Shown in pieces: positions 1 to 6,559 of a DNA stretch of 6,899 nucleotides. The stretch spans positions 1 through 6,899 of the forward strand of contig CBFFRP010000101.1 of the NCBI GenBank assembly GCA_965644295.1. The letters run 5' to 3'. Under the pieces are notes generated by a model. The model was not told where the DNA came from and ran no database searches. It saw only the letters and a program-made list of their open reading frames with translations. The position numbers and the translations under genes were made by a program. Every line of letters begins with the position of its first letter. Position 1 is the first letter of the stretch. Source of the DNA: Paraphysomonas bandaiensis. Lineage: Eukaryota; Protista; Chrysophyceae.

Positions 1-86
1 AACATATTATATATATAATTCTCTGCCCTACGATGGCAAATACAGTCCAACATAAAATTTCACCCTATTAACCAGCTCCAAGCCCA

Positions 87-1187
87 ATGTCTCTATTGAG
101 ACCGTGGCTGAGTCACATCAGTGTGCCCAGGGCCTTTTACACTCCCTTACTGCTGCATTTTGTTGACCACCACGCTTCCGACAAATTACCTGTCACACCA
201 TGTTGTACACGCTCCAAGCCCCCCTGCCTGGCCTTGCAACCTTCACCCTACTCAACTACTTCAGTTAAACCACGTGCCTGCACCACACACAGAAAGGGGG
301 CACCTATGTGCTATCCCCTCAGCAGACAACTTCGTCTCACCCATCGCTTTCTACGGCTACAACCTCTCAGAGCATGGCTCGTGCGAGCAGGCTCACGAAA
401 ACGACCCCCATGGACCCCCTATGCAATCACTGAATACTCTCGATCCCTCTCAACTGTGCAACAGGGCTGCCTTCTGCCGCCCACTCAACCCAACCCAGCA
501 TGGTTTGTCTGTGGTCCATCCACCCAGCAGGCTACCCCCTCACCCTGTTCACCTATCACCCCCACAGCCCATCCATCTCATTGGATAGACACTGTATTCC
601 GCATACGGTATACTCGACTACTGTACTACTGTGTCCTACAGGATGTATACCATTCCGTTTATACCTCTACTGCTGTTGGACACATCACCATGTCCATGTA
701 CCTGTCTACCTGTACTGTTGGACACATCACCAGCTCTCTCTCTCTGTCCAACACACTCATAACACCACTGCAGTGTCATACACACACACAGTACACTCTA
801 CCTCCTCCTAGAAAACCCCCGGACAAACTATCTTCTCTCCCTTCGTCTCTGATACCTTGCCGTCATCTTCCTTCCACACATACTCTATGCCTCAGTCTGT
901 ACCCCCCTGCACCAACACAGACACTAACAAGGGCAGCTGAGGACGTCCGAGTCTCTCCTCCAGACCATCATCATCATCACGATCATCTCGTGCATAGGTC
1001 TATCAGAGTACTCGACCTCAGTGACTCTTGTTCTGTTGCGCAGTCTCACTCTCCTCAATCAGATGTTGCCTCTTTTGCACCATCACACTCCCTCTCGACT
1101 CCCTGTAGCTGGACACACCGGATGACCCTCATATCCCACCCCTGTCAGCTATACACCCTCTTGCATGTGTTCTCTACCGCTGGCTAA
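87..1187 (+). pseudogene. 366-codon low-complexity Pro/Ser/Thr/His-rich ORF, likely retroelement-derived; no recognisable domain
   Basis: From the ORF track. The C-rich composition suppresses stop codons, and overlapping ORFs exist in the other two plus frames, so length alone is weak evidence of coding. Confidence 0.25.
673..732 (+). repeat. 18-bp direct repeat CTGTTGGACACATCACCA x2 (42-bp period)
   Basis: Exact copies at 673-690 and 715-732. The period is a multiple of 3 (VGHIT appears twice in the ORF). Confidence 0.9.
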
Positions 1188-1685
1188 GACAGCAAAAGAG
1201 CCGATTTCGACGATTCTTCACAGTAGGCCATAACCTTTTGCAAGACCTTCATCCACATACGTCCGAGCCACTTGGAACAATGCCTAAAGGAAGGCCACCA
1301 GATCGCCAATCTCAGAAGGGCATATTACTGTTTCCCCTAACTGCCATAAGGCTAATAAGTCAGTCCCCGTGAGGTACATAAGGCTATCTATCATATAGCG
1401 AGTGGAGTCTCATCCCAAGAGGAGACCTCCAGATCACACGCGCCGGTGAGTCCCAGGACACACGATCATGGCGAGCCTCATAACACACACTAAGAACGGA
1501 AGTGGTTGCACCTTGGTGCTTGCGGCGACGCACAAGCAGCTTCTGTAGCGTTAAATAGTAGGATAAAAGAGTTTGTATTGATTAGTTACGGGTAGTAGTC
1601 TAACTAGTATGACTAGCATTCTTCTAGCCACTAATTGGTGCAGGCTTTCAACGCCTATTGCTAAATAATCAGACATTCAATATAT

Positions 1686-1733
1686 TATTATTATATTTAA
1701 AGTATAGTATTATTAATATTATTATATTTAAAG
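1686..1733 (+). repeat. AT-rich direct repeat TATTATTATATTTAAAG x2 (31-bp period) at the putative LINE tail
   Basis: Exact 17-mers at 1686-1702 and 1717-1733. Confidence 0.85.
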
Positions 1734-1856
1734 ATAGAGTGGAAAGGAAGAGTAATAAAACGAATGTTTTATTACGATAGGAGAGCCCTTCTGGCTCCGG
1801 AAGAATGCCTAAGCGGCAAGAGCGTCCCTCGGCCCTCCGCCTCGCTGTGTGTACAA

Positions 1857-2087
1857 TGTTGTGATTATTAGAGTGTAAGTAATGAACACGATAGAGTGAA
1901 AATTATGAATAACAATATAGGACGTACTATCATGCACAACGGAATAGTTAGAAGTGTAACTGATAATGACGACGTTATGATGACGATCACGTATCTTCGA
2001 CAGATACTCTCTCTAATTCAGTTCATAGTATATTTCATTGAACATTATAACTCACAGATACATCATGTATTAAGCTGAATCCTAATA
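1857..2087 (-). mobile_element. LTR-A copy 1 (231 bp), solo or truncated copia-type LTR
   Basis: Matches 6560-6791 except for 2 substitutions and a 1-bp indel. On the minus strand it reads TATTAGGATT...AATCACAACA (imperfect terminal inverted repeat). Orientation is taken from the PPT next to copy 2. The flanks TACAA/CTTAT do not form a TSD. Confidence 0.8.
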
Positions 2088-2443
2088 CTTATTAAGGGGG
2101 ATACGGTAAAGATCATAATTCAAATACCTTAGAACTACAGCTGTTAATTGCTCTCACACAGCAAAACTCAACAATGGACTTTTACCGATTAGAGGTACCC
2201 TGCAGTAAGTGTAATTATTCGCACAACTATACATGACTAGTCCATGAATATCATATGATGTCCCACAAGGTACAGACCCTGGTCACTAACCCACGACTCC
2301 AACTCACGTCAAGTAATAGTAGGGCGTACCTTCGTAAAGCAGACGCTGTTAATTTATATAGTTTACATAATTTGAGTTAAAGACAATATTTCTAGCGCGA
2401 ATTAACATATATATAATAATATAATATGATATGGATTATAATA

Positions 2444-3256
2444 TCACTTTTTACTGATCATGTCAACCACTGAGTAGTGCATTCCTAGTCGGGCCTTGTC
2501 AAGTGGTGACTTCCCGTTAATGTCTTCCGCAAAAGGATCAGCACCATTTTCAATTAATATTTCGACAATATTTAAGTGACCAGCTGTTGCAGCTACATGC
2601 AATGGGGTCATCTTCATGTTGGCTGTGGCATGAACATCTGCCCCATTCGCTATCAACCATTGACAAACTTCGAACTTTCCAGTAAAACAAGCATTATGCA
2701 ATGGGGTAAACGAAGTTGAATTCTTCAGTGATATAATACGACACCCGTGGACCTTTATTAAAATTTTCAAATCAGGTATATTTCCGTCCGAACAAGCTTT
2801 GAAAACTTGACCAGCAAGTGCTTTTTCAGAATCTTTCAAACTCACGGTGCCTCCAGATTCTACATCAGGGTAATCATAATGTTTACTGAACATCCTTCCA
2901 ACATCGTGGAGTTCCATATACAGTGTGTCCAGGTTATTCAATAATCCATGATATTGACATTCGCTCTGTGCTAATCTTTCAACAGCAATTCTACAAGATG
3001 GTCCGTCGTAAACTACATCTAATGTGTTCGAGATCTCTCGCGGAAGTAGTTCGTCAATAAAGTAGGTCTTCCTTCCATCACTCAGACCAGTAACTCTTCT
3101 GGTCGACAAACTCAACGCAAATACATCACTACATTGAATAGCTTCTTTAATTAGATCTGCAGCTGTAGTGCTCGAATAGTCCTCTTCCGCTATCAGTGTC
3201 ACAGGTGCACATGCGTTGAGCACAATGCGTATCATGGACTCAAGGTAATGACCCAA
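2444..3256 (-). CDS. Ankyrin-repeat protein (about 4 C-terminal ANK repeats, unknown N-terminal domain); 5' end probably disrupted
   Basis: Canonical ANK motifs: TPLHNACFTGKFEVCQWLIANGADV, TPLHVAATAGHLNIVEILIENGADP and GKSPLDKARLG. The track start at 3256 is TTG; the first ATG is at 3235. The frame stays open upstream into the MITE (stop at 3359-3361). Confidence 0.85.
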   Translation of the reverse strand: MGHYLESMIRIVLNACAPVTLIAEEDYSSTTAADLIKEAIQCSDVFALSLSTRRVTGLSDGRKTYFIDELLPREISNTLDVVYDGPSCRIAVERLAQSECQYHGLLNNLDTLYMELHDVGRMFSKHYDYPDVESGGTVSLKDSEKALAGQVFKACSDGNIPDLKILIKVHGCRIISLKNSTSFTPLHNACFTGKFEVCQWLIANGADVHATANMKMTPLHVAATAGHLNIVEILIENGADPFAEDINGKSPLDKARLGMHYSVVDMISKK

Positions 3257-3297
3257 GTACTCTACAGATTCGGTATAATTATTTATTTTCAGTGTAA

Positions 3298-3465
3298 GGC
3301 TGTGTCTAAAATCTGATGGGTAACAAATATGAAGGGTAATCGGGTAAAAAAAACGGCATTACCCACCCTGTTTTTCGCGTTTTGCTTGCTAAATTACCCC
3401 TAGTAGGAATTCCTATCCAAAAAATAATCGTGAAATGCTTGGGTAATCAGATTTTAGACACAGCC
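3298..3465. mobile_element. 168-bp MITE, PIF/Harbinger (Tourist-like)
   Basis: Perfect 20-bp TIRs: GGCTGTGTCTAAAATCTGAT (3298-3317) and ATCAGATTTTAGACACAGCC (3446-3465). A TAA target duplication flanks it (3295-3297, 3466-3468). No coding capacity. Confidence 0.92.
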
Positions 3466-3788
3466 TAAATGAAATTTCCACACCTTATTTCAGAGTATGC
3501 TGGTATGGTATACCGTATACCCTCTGGTACGAAAATCCAGTTCCAGTTTAGAAAGGCAGGACGGTCGAAACTATGTAAAAAAAAATATCCCACTTTTACG
3601 AATATTTGGATCACCGTATAACGGCCTTGCCGAACAAAAAATGTTCGGAAAATCGGTTTATCTCCACCATATAATTATGATATCTAGAATATCTCGATTT
3701 TACGAACACATTATTGTTCGGCATTTTTTTACCGTTTGGCCACTATCGCCATTCAAACCATACAACACCAATGCCCATAAACTGCAAG

Positions 3789-3827
3789 AACAAAGAACTT
3801 AGAACAAACAAAGAACTTAGAACAAAC
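3789..3827 (+). repeat. 18-bp tandem repeat AACAAAGAACTTAGAACA x2.2 in the Crypton 5' leader
   Basis: Exact copies at 3789-3806 and 3807-3824, plus a partial copy, ending 8 bp before the ATG at 3836. Confidence 0.9.
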
Positions 3828-3835
3828 CAAGCACA

Positions 3836-4318
3836 ATGGATATTATTAGAGAGCAAAGTGAATTCAGAGATGAGATTGCACAGCAAACCAAGCAGATGCG
3901 GTTAACGGATAGCACCCGCAGGCAATATGCAGACAGGGTCAGGGCCTTTGCACATTGGCTTGATGAGCATTACCCCGCCTGCGTGGAAAGAGACAACGGT
4001 GACAAGCTCACACCAATACTACCGATACCTGACGTAGTCATGGAAAAGTACATGGCTCATGTGCTTCTTAAAATAGACAGCCGCACTGGTCTGTACTATG
4101 ACCCTCCACAATATTACTCGTTTGCACACGTTAATGGACATCGAAGTGCTCTTAAGAATATGTACACGGAAAAGCGAATGAACCCTTCACCGGAAATAGA
4201 GAGTATGTTTAAGGAAACTCTCGAGGGATTCAAGAGGAAGGTTGCTGACCTTAGAATTTTAGAGTGGCTTTGCCTTATCTTCTTGCTTCGCTGGCATATC
4301 ATCATGACTGGCTATTAG
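3836..4318 (+). CDS. N-terminal (core-binding/SAM-like) part of a Crypton tyrosine recombinase; homology ends at ~4255
   Basis: The pattern STRRQY..RVRAFAHWL ... YMAHV ... SFAHVNGHRSALKNMY ... LEGFKRKVADLR is typical of the N-terminal domain of CryptonS/integrase-like proteins. Residues after ~4255 are out-of-frame read-through. Confidence 0.7.
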   Translation: MDIIREQSEFRDEIAQQTKQMRLTDSTRRQYADRVRAFAHWLDEHYPACVERDNGDKLTPILPIPDVVMEKYMAHVLLKIDSRTGLYYDPPQYYSFAHVNGHRSALKNMYTEKRMNPSPEIESMFKETLEGFKRKVADLRILEWLCLIFLLRWHIIMTGY

Positions 4319-5187
4319 AAACTCTTTCACCAAATCATCCTCTGTTTCTTCAAAGAGTTTGGACAAGTGGTATACTACAACGTCTACGACCGAAAGTATT
4401 AACTGGTGTGTTTCGAAATGATGTGTCAAGAATGAATGCTACTGGTGTTCCACCCAATGTGATTCTAGCTAATCGTATGTCGTCGCTGGAAGCAAATGTC
4501 GGGAACTTATCTAGAGATATGCGAGGAATGCAAACGACATTACCGGAAGCATTGTGTACGAGAATGCTTGATAAGTTTACAGTTAATGGCGCGGTGCCAA
4601 TAACTAGTACCGACATCGATAGTCTACGTGAAACACTTTTAGAAGAAATCAGAACAAGATGTACTCCACATAATGTGGAGCAAATATCTACACAAGAAGA
4701 GCAATCCACATCACAAGAGAAGCCTGGATTTTACACATGGGGAGGGCACCATCATTTGTTTCCAGAGGGCTTTCGTTTTCCAAAAGGTAACATAAAAATG
4801 CTGTGGGATCTGTGGTGGGGGGGAGAACCTCAGAGACATATATTACCCTACAGAAAAATCAAAGGCTTCGATTTATCCCGAACTGACCGGGTAAACTGGA
4901 GTAAATGTACCTGCATCATGAACGCACTAGTCTCCAAGGGCATAGAGATGAACGAGATCGGAGCAGTAGAGGATATTAGTAGCCTACTACCACGACAAAG
5001 AGATGCGTTATTCAGCAAAGTGTTTATACCTTTCTGTATGAACATATTCGCGGTTGCTAATCCCGTTCTTCTCGATGATATAGGCATCGGAAAAATGTCA
5101 TATACGACATTCTACGATTACATGAAGGGCCGCAAGAGAAATAAACGTAGACGGAATGAAATGGAGCAAACGGAAGAAGATAATTGA
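4255..5187 (+). CDS. C-terminal part of a CryptonS-like protein (post-catalytic region, putative DNA-binding domain, NLS)
   Basis: Frame open from 4255. Motifs FRVALPYLLASLAYH..WL..TL...HPLF, ATGVPP, and TWGG...FPEGFRFP....LWDLWWGG....LPYRKIKGFDL...NWSK are ones I recognise from oomycete/diatom Crypton proteins. A basic KGRKRNKRRR NLS-like stretch lies at the C-terminus. The first ATG is at 4432. Confidence 0.72.
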   Translation, partial: NFRVALPYLLASLAYHHDWLLETLSPNHPLFLQRVWTSGILQRLRPKVLTGVFRNDVSRMNATGVPPNVILANRMSSLEANVGNLSRDMRGMQTTLPEALCTRMLDKFTVNGAVPITSTDIDSLRETLLEEIRTRCTPHNVEQISTQEEQSTSQEKPGFYTWGGHHHLFPEGFRFPKGNIKMLWDLWWGGEPQRHILPYRKIKGFDLSRTDRVNWSKCTCIMNALVSKGIEMNEIGAVEDISSLLPRQRDALFSKVFIPFCMNIFAVANPVLLDDIGIGKMSYTTFYDYMKGRKRNKRRRNEMEQTEEDN

Positions 5188-5194
5188 CTGGTAC

Positions 5195-5277
5195 ATGTCT
5201 CTGTTTGTGTCGTATATACGTGAGGGGGTCTGTGAGACTATTAACAGTCACCTTCACGTATATACATGAACAGACAT
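5195..5277. repeat. Long imperfect inverted repeat/hairpin immediately 3' of the Crypton stop codon
   Basis: Perfect arms GTATATACGTGA (5212-5223) and TCACGTATATAC (5254-5265). Pairing continues inward with 2 mismatches to a 10-nt loop (5234-5243), and outward via ATGTCT..GTT / AACAGACAT. Confidence 0.85.
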
Positions 5278-5715
5278 CGCATCAATGGAGGGGTTGATGA
5301 GAATATGACGCTCAAGTAGATAGCTATCGGCTTCTGGTGTAGATATCATCTTGTTTCATGGCACTGCTGACAGTTTAAAGTAACATATAAAGATGAACGT
5401 TAGATGACATACACATACAACACCATTCTACAACAGTACTCTACCACAATTATACAACAGTATACAGCAGTAATACTACATAATACCGTTCTGTTCGTAT
5501 ACTGTTCGTAAAAGCGGACCTTCTATAAATCTAAATTTTTGGGTTTAGCGAAATTACGTAGTAAAAGTATGAAAAATAAATTACACAGCCTTAAACTATA
5601 AAAAACCCTTATTTTAAGTATAAAAGTGCACTTTTAAAGCATAAAAATCTGGAACTGTGAATAGAACACTCATAGTATACCAACTGGAAATTCAATGTAC
5701 ATCAACTAACTGTAA

Positions 5716-6106
5716 TTGTGCTATATAAAGGGACGAGCTAGACTGCGTCTTGTTGTTCAAGGGCAGGCTGAAAGAAACGTTGTCACAAAGACGAAAAAAC
5801 AGTATCTTTCGATGTAAAGTACTCACCAAGATACTATAAACAAAGACGAGGATATAAGAAAGAAGCACTGGCGACTAATGAGGATGGTGAAGCTATCAAG
5901 CACACTGGAGAAGCAAAAGACATTTACGTAATACAGCCAGGCTAATAATATAATATGTTTCAACTAAAGACATGGCGGCCGACATATTCACGAAAGCGCT
6001 ATCTTCGAGGCTATTTAAGATTCATGAAGAAACTATTACAGGGGAGAAGAGGAGTATTTCTAATAAAGTAGAGATAAGCCAGAAGAAGCGCTCAAAGAAA
6101 GATTAG
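5716..6106 (+). pseudogene. Decayed Ty1/copia pol 3' end (RT C-terminus and RNase H C-terminus)
   Basis: 5954-6106 reads YVSTKDMAADIFTKALSSRLF...KD*, the hallmark copia RNase H 'ADIFTKAL' motif. 5716-5763 reads LCYIKGRARLRLVVQG, resembling copia LRYLKGT...GL. The intervening sequence has stops and frameshifts and a degenerate ALATN...KH. Missed by the ORF track. Confidence 0.8.
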
Positions 6107-6110
6107 GGTG
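6094..6110 (+). other. Polypurine tract of the plus-strand copia remnant
   Basis: Purine-rich AAAGAAAGATTAGGGTG overlaps the pol stop codon and directly precedes the TG at 6111. Confidence 0.65.
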
Positions 6111-6410
6111 TGTTTTAGTGGGTATGAATCCCACATAACTGTGTTACAGCGAAGTATCGTGTACACAGTATATTTATGAAGATTTCACATCCGTGTTATC
6201 CTAGAAGATGACTAGATGATATATATATAGCTGTAGTATAATGACGATTACTCGTTTCAATAGTTATTGTTTTAGTGGGTATGAATCCCACATAACTGTG
6301 TTACAGCGAAGTATCATGTACAAAGTATCTTTGTATCTTTATGAAGATTTAACATCCAAGTTATCCTAGATGATATATTTACCTGTAGTGTAATGACGAT
6401 TACCCGTTTC
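6111..6410 (+). repeat. Tandem duplication of ~145-bp units (6111-6258 and 6268-6410) in LTR-B
   Basis: The first 48 nt are identical (TGTTTTAGTGGG...GAAGTATC). The remainder aligns with substitutions and small indels. Period 157 bp. Confidence 0.92.
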
Positions 6411-6558
6411 TACATTGAATATGCAATATAATAAAAGTGGCTGTCTAGTTTGACTACAGTAAACTTCTCTTAACCATCTTAATTGTGAAAACGACCAATA
6501 GTCAATATATGTCAATATCCAGGAAAATAAAGAATTGATCTTTATAATAGTAAAAACA
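6111..6558 (+). mobile_element. LTR-B: 3' LTR (448 bp) of the plus-strand copia element
   Basis: Starts TGTTTT right after the PPT and ends AAAACA at 6553-6558 (TG...CA with a 6-bp terminal inverted repeat). The right boundary is inferred from that match only. Confidence 0.65.
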
Positions 6559-6559
6559 A

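Larger units (their letters stand above)
87..1700 (+). mobile_element. Probable degenerate 3' end of a non-LTR (LINE-like, possibly Ambal/L1-group) retrotransposon
   Basis: Strongly C-rich, strand-biased sequence. It encodes R/K-x-PPD motifs in all three plus frames (810-827 RKPPDK, 948-968 RVSPPDH, 1289-1306 GRPPDR, 1420-1437 RRPPDH) and a WLRQQKSRFRRFF segment (1181-1219), resembling C-termini of protist/fungal LINE ORF2 proteins. It ends in an (ATT)n-like tail at ~1680-1695. No RT or endonuclease motifs are visible, so the call is inferential. Confidence 0.4.
3508..5681 (+). mobile_element. Non-autonomous CryptonS-like tyrosine-recombinase DNA transposon (internal deletion derivative), ~2.17 kb
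   Basis: Contains Crypton-like ORFs. Bounded by the direct repeat GTATACC (3508-3514 and 5675-5681; 9/11 as TATGGTATACC/CATAGTATACC), with no long TIR. Subterminal inverted motifs: CAGTTCCAG (3538-3546) / CTGGAACTG (5649-5657), and CCACTTTTACGAA (3590-3602) / TTCGTAAAAGCGG (5505-5517). Boundaries are inferred. Confidence 0.7.

Noticed and set aside
121-811. Overlapping ORFs 121-588 and 500-811
   Set aside because: By-products of C-rich, stop-poor composition, with no recognisable motifs.
1-1560. Minus-strand gag/protease, or a gene in an alternative genetic code
   Set aside because: The track shows no long minus-strand ORF and spot translations gave no CCHC or protease motif. The clear genes in the window read well in the standard code.
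1896-2078. 60-aa ORF and its twin at 6599-6805
   Set aside because: GTG-started ORFs on the antisense strand of LTR-A. A 1-bp indel changes their C-termini and there is no domain signal.
2101-2443. Possible DNA transposon starting TTAA-GGGGG, or hidden exons
   Set aside because: No matching inverted terminus or convincing reading frame was found; left unassigned.
3497-3905. ORFs 3497-3802 and 3714-3905
   Set aside because: They run through the Crypton terminus, binding-motif region and tandem repeat, and show no protein-like features.
4250-4265. Programmed -1 frameshift or intron joining the two Crypton ORFs
   Set aside because: A-ATT-TTA is not a canonical X-XXY-YYZ slippery site, and neither mechanism would restore the missing catalytic motifs. 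A deletion is the simpler explanation.
4114-5257. Minus-strand ORFs 4114-4305, 4350-4709, 4848-5087 and 5057-5257
   Set aside because: Antisense shadows of the Crypton coding sequence.
6111-6410. CRISPR-like array
   Set aside because: Only two long units, with homologous rather than unique intervening sequence; eukaryotic context and no cas genes.
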